This document shows positions 37,686-48,110 of a stretch of DNA of 57,436 nt, piece after piece. Within the stretch, counting starts at the first letter, position 1. Every line of letters begins with the position of its first letter. Origin of the DNA: Actinomycetota bacterium (GTDB lineage Bacteria; Actinomycetota; Acidimicrobiia; Spongiisociales; ZC4RG35); the NCBI GenBank assembly GCA_034658975.1, contig JAYEGJ010000126.1, positions 1 through 57,436 on the forward strand, in the 5' to 3' direction. The notes under the pieces are model-generated. The model was given only the letters and a program-made list of their open reading frames with translations, searched no databases and had not been told where the DNA came from. The position numbers were made by a program, and so were the translations under genes.

Positions 37686-38819
37686 ATGCGTATAGCAGTA
37701 CCCAAGGAGTCGGAGGGAGAGCGACGCGTCGCCATCACTCCACAGGTCGCCCAACGACTCATTGATGCCAAACACTCGATCGTTATTGAAACCGGTGCCG
37801 GGCTCGGCGCCGGCTTCACCGATGACTCCTACCGGGAGGTCGGAGCCGAAGTAATGCCCGACCCGTTCACCGGTTCCGATTTGGTGGTCGCCGTGGGACC
37901 GCCAACACCTTCGCAGGCAGAACACGTGCCCGAGGGTGGCGCCCTCGCCGGGTTCCTCGACCCGTTCGCCTCGGCCGACCTGGTGAAGGTGCTGACCAGG
38001 CGGCGAATCACTTCATTTGCCGTGGAGGCCATCCCCCGTACGACATTGGCCCAGAGCATGGATGCCCTTTCGTCGCAGGCAACGGCGGCCGGCTATCACG
38101 CCGTTCTGCTGGCTGCCACGGAGACACCGAGAATCTTCCCGATGCTGACGACCGCCGCTGGAACGATCCCACCCGTCCGGCTGCTGGTGCTCGGCGCAGG
38201 AGTTGCCGGGCTCCAGGCCATCGCCACTGCGAAGAGACTCGGAGCGGTGGTGTCGGCCTACGACATCCGGCCCGAGGTCCAGGAACAGATCGAATCGCTG
38301 GGAGCGAAGTTCATCGCGGCCCCGGTCGACGAGTCCGCTGCCAGTTCATCGGGCTACGCCAAAGAGGTGGCCGATGAGACCCAGAGGCGCCAGCAGGCAG
38401 CACTCGCCGACGCCGTGGCCGACGCGGACGTCGTCATCACGACGGCTCAGGTCCCGGGCCGGGCGGCGCCACTCCTCATTTCCCGAGAGATGGTCGACCA
38501 GATGAGCCCCGGATCGGTGATCGTCGACGTGGCCGCGCCAACAGGCGGCAACTGTGAGCTCACCCACCCAGGTGAGACCTACGACTACAACGGCATCCAG
38601 ATCATCGGCCCGACCGATCTCCCCAGCAGAGTGGCTGTTGACGCCAGCCAGATGTACGGGCGAAACCTCGCTGCCTTCATCGCCCGAATCTCCGATGAGG
38701 AAGGCGAAGTCACATTCGACTTCGATGACGAGATCGTTTCCGGAGCCTGCATCACCCACGGAGGGCGGGTGACCCACCCGGTGACCCGACGAGCCCTCGG
38801 AATGGATGGTGAGGAATGA
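37686..38819 (+). CDS. pntAA: NAD(P) transhydrogenase subunit alpha part 1
   Basis: 377 aa. AlaDH/PNT N- and C-domains, LVLGAGVAGLQAIATAKRLGA. Confidence 0.9.
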   Translation: MRIAVPKESEGERRVAITPQVAQRLIDAKHSIVIETGAGLGAGFTDDSYREVGAEVMPDPFTGSDLVVAVGPPTPSQAEHVPEGGALAGFLDPFASADLVKVLTRRRITSFAVEAIPRTTLAQSMDALSSQATAAGYHAVLLAATETPRIFPMLTTAAGTIPPVRLLVLGAGVAGLQAIATAKRLGAVVSAYDIRPEVQEQIESLGAKFIAAPVDESAASSSGYAKEVADETQRRQQAALADAVADADVVITTAQVPGRAAPLLISREMVDQMSPGSVIVDVAAPTGGNCELTHPGETYDYNGIQIIGPTDLPSRVAVDASQMYGRNLAAFIARISDEEGEVTFDFDDEIVSGACITHGGRVTHPVTRRALGMDGEE

Positions 38820-39112
38820 GTCCTCTCGTAGTCGGGATCACGGTCTTCGTCCTCGCCGCCTTCGTCGGCTTCGAGGTCATCTCCAAGGTCCCACCCACGC
38901 TGCACACGCCCCTCATGTCCGGAGCGAATGCCATCTCCGGTATCACGATCATCGGCGCTATCGCGGCCGCCGGACTCGGCTCGACGCAGTTGGCCCAGGT
39001 GCTGGGCTTCCTGGCTGTCGTGATGGCAACCATCAACGTGGTCGGCGGGTTCCTGGTCACCGATCGGATGCTCGAGATGTTCAAGAGCAGGCGTCAGCGA
39101 GACGCCGAATGA
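38816..39112 (+). CDS. pntAB: NAD(P) transhydrogenase subunit alpha part 2 (membrane)
   Basis: 98 aa, 3 TM, with 4-nt overlaps on both sides. Confidence 0.9.
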   Translation: MSPLVVGITVFVLAAFVGFEVISKVPPTLHTPLMSGANAISGITIIGAIAAAGLGSTQLAQVLGFLAVVMATINVVGGFLVTDRMLEMFKSRRQRDAE

Positions 39113-40476
39113 TCGAACTTCTCTATCTCGCCGCAGCCGTCCTGTTCATCATCGGCCTGAGGAAACTCGGCGGGCCGCGCACGGCTCGATCCGGGAACCG
39201 CCTGGCCGCCGTGGGCATGCTCGTCGCCATCGTCTTGACACTCGTCGCCCAGGACATCGTCAACTGGGGAACGGTTGTCGCCGGTCTGGTGGTCGGGGCG
39301 GGTCTGGGTGCATGGTTCGCGGTTCGGGTTCAGATGACCGCGATGCCTCAGATGGTCGCGGCATTCAATGGGTTTGGTGGCATCGCCTCTGCGCTGGTCG
39401 CCTCCGTCGCCGTCCTCGAATCGGACCTGGCTTCGATAGCGGCCGAGACCAGCACCTCGATCCTCGCCTCGATCATCATCGGTGCGGTCACCTTCACCGG
39501 GAGCTTCGTCGCCTTCGGAAAGCTTCAGGGCATCCTCCCCGGCAGGCCACTTCTGTACCCGGGCCAGAAGGTCGTCAACGGGTTGCTCATGCTCGCCCTC
39601 ATCGGTGTTGCCGTCTGGGGCGCCGTCGCAGAGGATCCGGCCGGGTTCTGGATCGTGGGCGCGATCGCACTGGTCATCGGCGTGTTGACGGTCGTCCCGA
39701 TCGGCGGCGCCGACATGCCCGTCGTGATCTCGCTGCTCAACTCGTTCTCCGGGTTGGCGGCAGCGGCGGCCGGATTCGCCATCGAGAGCAATGCTCTCAT
39801 CATCGGCGGGGCACTCGTCGGGGCGGCGGGGATGATCCTCACCTTCCAGATGACGGAGGCGATGAACCGATCTCTGGGTAATGTTCTGTTCGCCGGATTC
39901 GGATCGGGCGAGGGCGGCGGTCCGGCCGGCCCGATCGACGAGAAGCCGGTCAACCGTGCTACCGCCGACGATGTCGCTATCGCTCTCGGCTATGCCGAAT
40001 CGGTGATGATCGTTCCCGGCTACGGCCTGGCGGTCGCCCAGGCTCAGCACGCGGCGAGAAAGCTCGCCGATGCCCTTGAGGACGCCGACATCAAGGTGCA
40101 ATACGCCATTCACCCGGTTGCGGGACGCATGCCCGGGCACATGAACGTGCTGCTTGCCGAGGCCGATGTTCCCTACGAACAGCTTCTCGATCTCGAGCAG
40201 GCCGACCCACAGCTTCCAGAGACCGACGTGGTTCTGGTCCTCGGTGCCAACGACGTGGTCAACCCGTCGGCGCGTGACGATCCGGGCTCGCCCATCTACG
40301 GGATGCCGATCCTCAACGTTGACTACGCAGGTCGTGTCATCGTGGTGAAGCGGAGCCTGTCGCCCGGGTTTGCCGGCATCGACAATCCGTTGTTCTACGA
40401 GGACAACACGTTGATGTTCTTCTCCGATGCCAAGGCGGCTCTCGAAGACACTCTGGCGGCGCTCAAGACGCTGTAA
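39109..40476 (+). CDS. pntB: NAD(P) transhydrogenase subunit beta
   Basis: Trimmed to ATG 39109 (MIELLYLAAAVLFIIGL). C-terminal NADP(H) domain GYGLAVAQAQH...HPVAGRMPGHMNVLLAEA. Confidence 0.9.
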   Translation: MIELLYLAAAVLFIIGLRKLGGPRTARSGNRLAAVGMLVAIVLTLVAQDIVNWGTVVAGLVVGAGLGAWFAVRVQMTAMPQMVAAFNGFGGIASALVASVAVLESDLASIAAETSTSILASIIIGAVTFTGSFVAFGKLQGILPGRPLLYPGQKVVNGLLMLALIGVAVWGAVAEDPAGFWIVGAIALVIGVLTVVPIGGADMPVVISLLNSFSGLAAAAAGFAIESNALIIGGALVGAAGMILTFQMTEAMNRSLGNVLFAGFGSGEGGGPAGPIDEKPVNRATADDVAIALGYAESVMIVPGYGLAVAQAQHAARKLADALEDADIKVQYAIHPVAGRMPGHMNVLLAEADVPYEQLLDLEQADPQLPETDVVLVLGANDVVNPSARDDPGSPIYGMPILNVDYAGRVIVVKRSLSPGFAGIDNPLFYEDNTLMFFSDAKAALEDTLAALKTL

Positions 40477-40561
40477 CCGTGCCCCGATTGAGGCGGATCG
40501 GGCTCGGCCAGGCCCTGATCGCCGAGGGTTTACAGTCGTTGGATTCGTCTAGGAGGCCTGA

Positions 40562-40945
40562 GTGAGTGACAAGGTTGGTTCATGGACGGTCAACTATCTG
40601 CCCGAAGAGGGGGGTCGGTATACCGGCGCCCTCGAGGTGAGCGGATCGGGTGTGCACTTCGACACCTTGTATGAGTCGAGCAACAAGACGATCGTCAAAG
40701 CCATCTTTCTTGACGTCACGACGTTCGCCGCGGCCGGCGGTCACACCGTCTATCGGTATTCGAACGACGAAAAGGCGACCATCGATCTGCCGGTGGGAGA
40801 GATCTCCGGCGCCGAGGCAACCAGGTCAGGAATCACCAAGAGGGCCGTCGTCACCATGAACAATGGTGAGCAGTTCGTCTTCGACTACGGCATGTTGTCG
40901 GTGAAGAAACTGGTGGCGGCCATCGACTCCATCTCCGTCAGTTAG
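40562..40945 (+). CDS. Hypothetical protein (127 aa)
   Basis: GTG start preceded by AGGAGG. Beta-rich with no TM. Family not recognised. Confidence 0.5.
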   Translation: MSDKVGSWTVNYLPEEGGRYTGALEVSGSGVHFDTLYESSNKTIVKAIFLDVTTFAAAGGHTVYRYSNDEKATIDLPVGEISGAEATRSGITKRAVVTMNNGEQFVFDYGMLSVKKLVAAIDSISVS

Positions 40946-40946
40946 G

Positions 40947-42446
40947 TCAACTGCTCCCGCAGTCGCCTTCCGCTCGGAGAGAATCGGTATTCGTGAGTAG
41001 CTCAAAGGAGGCGGCCAGTTCCTCACACGGCGGCCTTCCGATCCTCACCATGGGGGCGTCTTCTTCCAGGAGGCCCCAGCTGATTACCTCCGCGGCGTAC
41101 TCATCCCCTCGTTCGACCCACGGCAGGCTGTCGTCATCCCAAGACTCCCGTCCGGTGGACTGCAAAAGGCGATCCTGGGTCGCGACGTCGACGTGATCGA
41201 TGATCCAGGCGTGGGCGAGCTCATGCAGAACCGAATTCCGCACACTGAGAGAGGGCTTGACGCAGGCTGATGCCCCGGGGCAGAGGTCACTCTCGAAGAG
41301 GCATAGAAACAGCTCACGAGAATCCTCATCTTGAAGAAGGCGTCCAGACCGTTCATCACATCGGCGGCTGGGCTCGAACGTGACGGTGTCGAAGCGGGGT
41401 TCTGCCAGGCCTGCCTTGCTGAAGCGCTTGAGTCCCGTCAGGAGAAGCTCTTCCAGTCGAGGCGTCCCGTTGTATATCTCGAGCTCATGACCACCTTCGG
41501 TGCGAACAGTGCCGGGGGCGACTTGGTCGCTGGGCCGGGGAAGCTCAAGCCCAGTCCACCATCCGTTGGGCAGGCTTTCGGATCTGCACCGGGAGAATGA
41601 TTCGACTTCCTCATAGCGGGCCTCCTCAAGGATCTGCCCTCCGACCGCTTGCCACACAACCGCTACCTGACGGCTGCACTCGTTTCTATCCGTCATGTTG
41701 TAGATAGCAACTGCGCGAGCCGGGTCTATCCCATAGTCGGCCGGTCCGAGGAAGATCGCCGGGCCACTCGCCTCCACGGTGTTGACCGTTTGAGTCAGGT
41801 CGATTCTGTCGACTCTCCCGATGGAGGAGCTTGCTTCGAGGATCGAGCCGAGTCCTTGCGCCGCAGTCCCGGTCAACGATTTGGTGAGTGTTGCCTGGCT
41901 GGAGTAGACGTTGCCGAGGTCGTCGACGCTGGCATCCGTCCACACGTCGGCATAGTCGCGGTAGAGGTTCTCGTAACGGGAAACGACGTCGGGTGATGCA
42001 CGAAGACCAACTTCCAGCCATGCGCTGTGGTCGTAGACCGTCTCCTCCGTGATCAAACCGTCCTCGAGAGTGCTGACTACCACGCTCAGTCCGCCACCCG
42101 CCGTGTCCGATCGGATGAGAGCGAGAGCTCCTTGAGGACCGAGGTGGATGTCGACGATGTCGTATCCAAGATCCCCCGAGTTCCAGCGGAGGAGATCACG
42201 CACCAAGAGGCCGCCCCGGACCCCCCCTCGCCATCTCTCCTGGAAGGCATTGGGGGAGTAGAAGTCCAAAACGCCGTAGTAGTCGTTGGCCGTATAGGCC
42301 ACGGCCAGTTCATCGAAATAGCCAATGGCCTCGTCCCCCCATGGGACTGGGTCGTTGACGGCGCTGATCGATCCGCAGGCCGTCGCCATAGTGGCGAGGA
42401 TGATGCCTGCGGAACGGAATCTCAGTCGGCGCAGTATCCGGATCAC
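40947..42446 (-). CDS. Lipoprotein with HExxH motif (putative secreted metallopeptidase-like protein)
   Basis: 499 aa. Lipobox ATMATAC and VLHELAHAW near the C-terminal third. Otherwise unrecognised. Confidence 0.6.
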   Translation of the reverse strand: MIRILRRLRFRSAGIILATMATACGSISAVNDPVPWGDEAIGYFDELAVAYTANDYYGVLDFYSPNAFQERWRGGVRGGLLVRDLLRWNSGDLGYDIVDIHLGPQGALALIRSDTAGGGLSVVVSTLEDGLITEETVYDHSAWLEVGLRASPDVVSRYENLYRDYADVWTDASVDDLGNVYSSQATLTKSLTGTAAQGLGSILEASSSIGRVDRIDLTQTVNTVEASGPAIFLGPADYGIDPARAVAIYNMTDRNECSRQVAVVWQAVGGQILEEARYEEVESFSRCRSESLPNGWWTGLELPRPSDQVAPGTVRTEGGHELEIYNGTPRLEELLLTGLKRFSKAGLAEPRFDTVTFEPSRRCDERSGRLLQDEDSRELFLCLFESDLCPGASACVKPSLSVRNSVLHELAHAWIIDHVDVATQDRLLQSTGRESWDDDSLPWVERGDEYAAEVISWGLLEEDAPMVRIGRPPCEELAASFELLTNTDSLRAEGDCGSS

Positions 42447-42642
42447 TTAGCCCTCTATTATCGCAAACTCGCGCAACTCGGACAGGAGTAAGCGCCAGAT
42501 GGGTTGTGTGATGGTCCGCATTGGCCAGCAATGCGGGCGGATGACCGAGTCACGGATGTCGGCCTCGGGTGGCGTGGCGCTTGGCTGACTACTGCGAATT
42601 GGGACTTTCGCCTGTCGTGCAATCGGGTGTCTTGGGGGCACT

Positions 42643-43146
42643 ATGGGGTGGAATGCCATTGGGGTGGCGATGCAGACGCAGATGACCTATCCGGCGTTGA
42701 GGGAATACACGGCTTTCGCTCGCCGGCACGAACCCGCTCTCCGTCATTCGCTCGTCGCTCACCTCGGATATGAGGCAGGTCGGGAGGCCACTCAGGACGC
42801 TCTCGTGTTTGCGCGGGAGAACTGGAATCGGCTTCAGTCAACCCACAATCCCGGTGGCTACCTGTTCCGTGTCGCGAAACGGCGCGCACTGCGTCGGGCA
42901 AGAACAAGGACAGAGATTCCTTTTGAGCGATCAGCCGATGAGTTGCCTTGGGTCGAGCCCAAGCTCGAGGAGGCTCTCCGACAGTTGTCCAGACGGCAGC
43001 GTGCAGTCGTCTTCCTCGTTGAGGGTTTGGGACTAAGCCATCGAGAGGCTGCCGAGCAGCTGAACATCTCGAAGTCCGCCGTGCAAACCCACCTGGAGAG
43101 CCATGTCAAAGCTCTTCGCCGGAGATGGCACGAACGTCATCAATGA
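42643..43146 (+). CDS. ECF-type sigma-70 family factor
   Basis: 167 aa. Region 2 (EATQDALVFARENWNRL...GGYLFRVAKRRAL) and region 4 HTH (LSHREAAEQLNISKSAVQTHL). The start may be internal. Confidence 0.8.
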   Translation: MGWNAIGVAMQTQMTYPALREYTAFARRHEPALRHSLVAHLGYEAGREATQDALVFARENWNRLQSTHNPGGYLFRVAKRRALRRARTRTEIPFERSADELPWVEPKLEEALRQLSRRQRAVVFLVEGLGLSHREAAEQLNISKSAVQTHLESHVKALRRRWHERHQ

Positions 43147-44344
43147 ACCGGTGGCCCCAGCCTCCGAATTGACTCCACCGTCAATACCGCCTGAGTTGCC
43201 TTCGGTGTGGGCGGCCGGGGACACGTTGGCGCTGGTCGACTCCTACTACCAGGCTCTCAACGACGGCGACCTGGGAGCGGCCCATGCGGTCGGCCCTTGG
43301 ACCTTCGACGAGGAGCGATCAGCAATCCTGGCCTACGACGCTCGATATGAGTGGACATGCTCGATGGTTGCGGACATGGAAGTCACCTGCTCAGAGCGAG
43401 TCTGGGATGCCTTCCACGGTCCCGCCGGACTGATCCACGAGGCCACTGCCACCTATCGGATCGAGCAAGGAAAGCTGGTGGGAGGCGAATCCGGTGTCTT
43501 CCCGAGCGTGAACGGCCCGGAAGGTGAGTTCCTCACATATCTCCAAGAGTTCGATGAATGGTTGTGGGAGGACCATCCCGACGTCGACTGGCTCTGGCTA
43601 ACCGAACACGAAGGTGTGCCCAACCTCTATATGAACCTGGAAACACCAAGGGCAGCTCCGATCAAGGAACTCGTCCTGGAATTCATCGAGATTTCCGACG
43701 CCTACCCGGCGCCCATCGGCGCGACACCTCAGAGCCAACTCGGTCCACCCATCCCATTCGACCCTCCCGACGTGTATCCCCCCGAAGGGCTGGACTTGAG
43801 AGTGGTGGGTATTGCACATGATGGTGGGCTCAATCTCAGAGAAAGTCCAGGACTGTCGCCTGTTGTTGCCGTCCTGGCTTCGACTGATGAAGTCAGCGCT
43901 ACCGGCAATGGCCATGAGGCTTCGGGGTCGATGTGGTGGGAGGTCGACGCCGGTGGAACCATCGGCTGGGTGAACGCCAAGTACCTGGCTTCATGGGCAA
44001 GCGCCCGATTGGATCTAACCCCTTACATCCTCAGCGAGTTCCGTGCGTATCCAGAAGCTGCATCAATGGAAGACCTGGGTCATCTGATCGCCGAATCCTT
44101 AGTCTCCGACGAGTATCCGTGGAGGTCGGTGGTGATCACTCCTACCACAACCATCTTCAACACTTTCATCGCCCTCGATGTGGTCGCCGATGATCCAATG
44201 GGGCTTCGCATCGCAATGAATGAGCCTGCGGGTCAGACGGGATGGCGCCTCACAGTCAACGGAGAGTCCGTCGACGGCGGATATCGACTCACGAGAGTCG
44301 AAGGCCAGCCTCTCCTCAACGCATGTGCTTGCTGGGCGCTATAG
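43103..44344 (+). CDS. Hypothetical protein with NTF2-like N-region and SH3b-like domain
   Basis: 413 aa, overlapping the sigma gene by 44 nt. LVDSYYQALNDGDL is NTF2-like and GLNLRESPG...WWEVDAGGTIGWVNAKYL is SH3b-like. No TM helix or zinc anti-sigma motif seen. Confidence 0.6.
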   Translation: MSKLFAGDGTNVINEPVAPASELTPPSIPPELPSVWAAGDTLALVDSYYQALNDGDLGAAHAVGPWTFDEERSAILAYDARYEWTCSMVADMEVTCSERVWDAFHGPAGLIHEATATYRIEQGKLVGGESGVFPSVNGPEGEFLTYLQEFDEWLWEDHPDVDWLWLTEHEGVPNLYMNLETPRAAPIKELVLEFIEISDAYPAPIGATPQSQLGPPIPFDPPDVYPPEGLDLRVVGIAHDGGLNLRESPGLSPVVAVLASTDEVSATGNGHEASGSMWWEVDAGGTIGWVNAKYLASWASARLDLTPYILSEFRAYPEAASMEDLGHLIAESLVSDEYPWRSVVITPTTTIFNTFIALDVVADDPMGLRIAMNEPAGQTGWRLTVNGESVDGGYRLTRVEGQPLLNACACWAL

Positions 44345-44457
44345 CTGGGACCACCGCCGGACGTTTGGCGGCTCGTGTTTGGGTCGCGGAAGTCTTCGGG
44401 TGAGCTGGTCGCGAGAGGGGACCTGTTGGGTGACCTGGTTGAGATCTTCCACGAGGA

Positions 44458-44478
44458 AACCCTGACCAGGGTCAGGGT
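44458..44478. terminator. Hairpin downstream of 43103..44344
   Basis: aaccctgac cag gtcagggtt, a 9-bp perfect stem with a 3-nt loop and no clear U-tract. Confidence 0.35.
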
Positions 44479-44564
44479 TGTTAGGGGGTCATACCCAATA
44501 GACCGGACGGGTTGCATGTTGCATCGTGGGCGTAGACAGACACACCACGACAAGGAGACCGACT

Positions 44565-44930
44565 ATGACGACCGAAATCCTTTCGACCACCAATGAGGTG
44601 TCGTCGGACTCTCGCAACCTGGCCACGCTGAGCCATCTCTCGGCGTTCGTTGCCTTCCTCGGCATCCCTTCGCTGGTCGGCCCGCTGGTCATGTGGCTCC
44701 TCAATCGAGACGACCCCTACGTCGAGAGCCAAGCCAAGGACGCGTTGAACTTCAACATCTCCTTCTTCATCTACGGTTTGATCGCGGCGATCTCGATCAT
44801 TTTGCTGGTTGGCATCATCGCCCTCCCCGCCGTCGCTATCACCTGGTTTGCGCTCGTGATCGTGGCATCAGTGAAGGCGGCCAGAGGCGACAACTACCGG
44901 TATCCCTTCACCATCAACTTCGTCTCGTGA
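44565..44930 (+). CDS. DUF4870-type small membrane protein
   Basis: Trimmed to the ATG at 44565, preceded by AAGGAGA. LSHLSAF..VGPLVMWL...ESQAKDALNFNISFFIY pattern with 3 TM. Confidence 0.75.
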   Translation: MTTEILSTTNEVSSDSRNLATLSHLSAFVAFLGIPSLVGPLVMWLLNRDDPYVESQAKDALNFNISFFIYGLIAAISIILLVGIIALPAVAITWFALVIVASVKAARGDNYRYPFTINFVS

Positions 44931-45085
44931 CAGACATCGTCACCACCCACATCGGAGGAGGTTCCAACTCCTCCGCCAGGCACCATCGGCAGCGACCGGG
45001 TTGAGGTGCCTCCCAACCAGACGAAGAGCCGAAGTCCCTCTTCCTCAAAAGTGCAAGGTTTGTCCGCGTTTGGACGTCCCCGATG

Positions 45086-45137
45086 TCCCCACCTCAGGTT
45101 GAGGGGATATAGGGGACGCCCGAAACCGGTCGTCCCC
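45086..45137. repeat. Left boundary repeat: 19-nt direct-repeat module + 35-nt inverted-repeat module
   Basis: 45086-45104 tccccacctcaggttgagg and 45103-45137 ggggatataggggacgcccgaaaccggtcgtcccc. Partner at 48831-48879. Confidence 0.85.
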
Positions 45138-45150
45138 ATATCGAAGACTC

Positions 45151-47364
45151 TCATGAGCGCCCCTCGAAGAGAGCTCTGAGTCCTTCCTGGTCTACCCAGA
45201 CTGAGCCGATCCAGGAGTCTGCAAGGACTCGTCCCTGGGGGGAGTCCTCCCATACCTGGGTGATCTCGATGAGCCCTTCGTACAGGGTGGGGTCAACGGC
45301 TTCCCAAGTTGTGGGCCAGTCTTGGCCGTCTCCGCCGAATACCAGGAAGGTGGGCTCATAGGTCGCTCGGTTGACTTGCCCAATCACCGAGCGCGGGTTC
45401 CCTCCGTCCCCGATGTGTCCGACATAGACGTACTGATCTGTGAGGAGCAGCCAGGATGGGACAGCGGAGGGCATGGGATATGCCCGGAGGATGGTCCCGT
45501 CAAGACCTGAGAGGAGCAGCTCTCCGTACTCCTGTGTGCAGATCACTTCGGTCGGATAGCTCCCGTTGATATTGCCGAACAGACAGTCGTTGTCCCGAGC
45601 CATCGCGATGAAGCCGGACGAAGGGACTTCGATTGTCCAGTTCCCTTCCGGCGTCGCTATTGCTGGGAGTAGCGGGACCGATCGGATGGTCTTGGGAAGT
45701 GCAGCTAGCTCGGGAACGACTCCGTCTCGCTCTGCGTCTTCGCCCGACTGGGAGGCCGGGTCGTCGAGGCTTCCCGGTAGCAGTTCTGTTGACTCCAGAA
45801 CACCTCCCAGCATCCATCCGTGCGTTCCCAACTCCGTCAAGACCAGGTCCCATTCGGCACCTTCGCTGTCAGTTGTCCGGCGTTCCAAGACGGCGACGAA
45901 ATCGCCCAACTCCAATTCCTCGACCGGGATGAAGTTGGTTCCCGGTCCGGCGTAGACGGTTGATCCTGCCTCCCGGGACACGGTCTCGAAGTGCTGGGTG
46001 GCCACGGCGCCCTGGAGCGTGCATTCGTCCACGTTGCGCCACACCGCTTCGAGGTCGCACTCTCTGGTGAGCAGTGCCCCGGTGTTGATGAAGAGGGTCG
46101 ATGCCCACTCTTCGCGGGTGGTGACACCAGAACACACAGTCTCGCCCCAACACAGCGTGCTCCTATCGACCCCCTCAACCTCGGGGAAATGGAACACTGT
46201 GGCGAAGAGTGGATCGAACAGCGACAAGACCTGGTGGGACGTGAGCGATCCGGGATCCCAAGTCTGGCCACTCTCGTCGAGAACTGCTACCCGAGCCACC
46301 CCTTCTGAGTTCAGGGTGATATCAACTGTCAGGCCCTCTGGCCCGAAGTCGCTGGTAACGAGCGCGGTCACCGCCTGCTCCAGGGTCGGTTCAGGCCCTG
46401 CCTGGTATATCGGGATCGGCGGGAGTCCTGGGTCTCCGTTGCAGAGCGTGAAGAAGGCGATCGGCCCTGTCGGCGTTGACTGCAAGGTTGGACACGAGAT
46501 GGTTGGCAGCAGATCACCATCTCGATCAACTGGGTCCCCTTGTACAACATGGAGGGTTCCGCCCAGAGCGCTGACGATTGTGTCGCATTCCACCTGGTCG
46601 CCCGAACAGTCAACTCTCCAGTTGTCGCCGTAGACCTGAGCCGACGTCTGCCCGTCATTCGTATACCGCGCCGCTGTGGTGACGACATCCTCGATCACCT
46701 TTGCACCCGGGGCGCCTACGTAATACACCATGAATTGGCTGTGGAGCGTGCAGATCGCCGAGTCGAACTCGTTCTGCGGGTTGGGGCGTCCTGGAAAACT
46801 TGTCGCCTGCCACCTGTCACAAGTGAAGCCGGCAGCCTCGACCAGATCACGCATCTCATGTACATCTGTGAATGTCGACGACGAGGTCGTTTCGCTTCTC
46901 TGGTCTTCCCACATCTCCGACACGGCCACTCCCATGTGCTGGTTGAAGCACTCGAAGAACCGACTATCGGGATTCGACGAGTCTGCGCCTGCAGCAAACG
47001 AGTTGTTGAAGAACCCTCTCTCAACGGTGAACTCCACCCTGGTCGTACCCTGAGCTACACAGTCGACGACTGCCTTGCCGGCAGCCTCGTACTCGGCTTC
47101 AGTGACGACACCGTCGGCGAGAATCTCAGCTGGGGTTGGCGCATCGGCCACCTGGGCGGGGGGTTGAATCTGGCCGCCAACAGTGGCAGTGACCCACACG
47201 ACCCCGGCAAGGCCAGCGACGGCAAGCGCCGGGATCCCAACTCTTCGTCGGATCTGACGGCTCCGACCACGCCTCATCGTCTCCGACGAACCGCGAGGGT
47301 TCCATGGGTCCTGTCGGGCGGCCTCAGCTTCGAGCATCGAACGAATCTGGTCGTCGGTCTTCAT
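45151..47364 (-). CDS. Single-pass membrane protein coupled to an ECF sigma factor (anti-sigma-like) with large extracytoplasmic region
   Basis: 737 aa. ATGA overlap with the sigma gene, a short cytoplasmic N-terminus, one TM (IPALAVAGLAGVVWVTA) and an SH3b-like segment (VYAGPGTNFIPVEELELGDFVAV...HGWM). Confidence 0.65.
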   Translation of the reverse strand: MKTDDQIRSMLEAEAARQDPWNPRGSSETMRRGRSRQIRRRVGIPALAVAGLAGVVWVTATVGGQIQPPAQVADAPTPAEILADGVVTEAEYEAAGKAVVDCVAQGTTRVEFTVERGFFNNSFAAGADSSNPDSRFFECFNQHMGVAVSEMWEDQRSETTSSSTFTDVHEMRDLVEAAGFTCDRWQATSFPGRPNPQNEFDSAICTLHSQFMVYYVGAPGAKVIEDVVTTAARYTNDGQTSAQVYGDNWRVDCSGDQVECDTIVSALGGTLHVVQGDPVDRDGDLLPTISCPTLQSTPTGPIAFFTLCNGDPGLPPIPIYQAGPEPTLEQAVTALVTSDFGPEGLTVDITLNSEGVARVAVLDESGQTWDPGSLTSHQVLSLFDPLFATVFHFPEVEGVDRSTLCWGETVCSGVTTREEWASTLFINTGALLTRECDLEAVWRNVDECTLQGAVATQHFETVSREAGSTVYAGPGTNFIPVEELELGDFVAVLERRTTDSEGAEWDLVLTELGTHGWMLGGVLESTELLPGSLDDPASQSGEDAERDGVVPELAALPKTIRSVPLLPAIATPEGNWTIEVPSSGFIAMARDNDCLFGNINGSYPTEVICTQEYGELLLSGLDGTILRAYPMPSAVPSWLLLTDQYVYVGHIGDGGNPRSVIGQVNRATYEPTFLVFGGDGQDWPTTWEAVDPTLYEGLIEITQVWEDSPQGRVLADSWIGSVWVDQEGLRALFEGRS

Positions 47365-47924
47365 GACAGGTCCTTCCTCAAGGCTTCCAAGCCGCGATGC
47401 AGGCGGCTCTTGATGGTTCCTTTTGCTACGCCGAACGCCTTGGCCATATCTGCTTCCGACATGTCCAGCAGATATCGGGCAACCACGACTTCCCGCTGGT
47501 GGACCGGCAGCCTGCGAAGGGTCGCGACCAATTTCGGGTCGGGTACTTGCGGATCGTCTTGGCCAACGTCAGGGACGGGGAGATTCGACCGGTATCGGCG
47601 GCGCTTGAGACGGTTCCTCGCCCAGTTCATCGCCACCACGTACACCCAACCCTCGGGGTTGGCCATGACAGACACCTTCTCCCACCGCTCGTATGCCCTG
47701 ACCATGGCTTCTTCGGTCGCGTCCGCAGCGAGATCGGCATTGCCGGTACCAACAGCGACAGCACGATGAACCTGATGGCCAGCACGGCTGTAGAAAGATT
47801 CGAAGGACTCAACTCTCAAGTCAGCACCCACGGTCGTCTCGGCATACATCATCACATAGACAGTCCGGAGCCCGCTTCGGTTCCCAGAACCCGACCGAAG
47901 AAAGGCGTCCTCGAAGCTACCCAC
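47361..47924 (-). CDS. ECF-type sigma-70 family factor
   Basis: Region 2 (FESFYSRAGHQVHR...EEAMVRAYERW...EGWVYVVAMNWARN) and region 4 (LPVHQREVVVARYLLDMSEADMAKAFGVAKGTIKSRL). The true start is probably the ATG at 47852 (MMYAETT). Confidence 0.85.
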   Translation of the reverse strand: MGSFEDAFLRSGSGNRSGLRTVYVMMYAETTVGADLRVESFESFYSRAGHQVHRAVAVGTGNADLAADATEEAMVRAYERWEKVSVMANPEGWVYVVAMNWARNRLKRRRYRSNLPVPDVGQDDPQVPDPKLVATLRRLPVHQREVVVARYLLDMSEADMAKAFGVAKGTIKSRLHRGLEALRKDLS

Positions 47925-47984
47925 GCTCCGGCGCTGCCGGTTTTTGGCTCCCAGAAGTCTCTTGTGATGGCCTCGACGCGGCCA

Positions 47985-48110
47985 TCAGGATCCACGAAGA
48001 AGCTCAATTGCTCTGCCAACCGTCTCCTTGACGCGTCGAATGCTTTGCTCCCAGTCGGAAATCTCCAGAGCATCGCTGATCGCATTGGCGACTTCGCTTC
48101 GGGTTGTCAT
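47985..48110 (-). CDS. Candidate 41-aa ORF translationally coupled to the upstream gene
   Basis: My own translation gives MTTRSEVANAISDALEISDWEQSIRRVKETVGRAIELLRGS. Its ATG overlaps the TGA of 48107..48733 (ATGA). It is below the ORF-track cutoff and competes with the listed 47852..48085 ORF in another frame. Confidence 0.3.
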   Translation of the reverse strand: MTTRSEVANAISDALEISDWEQSIRRVKETVGRAIELLRGS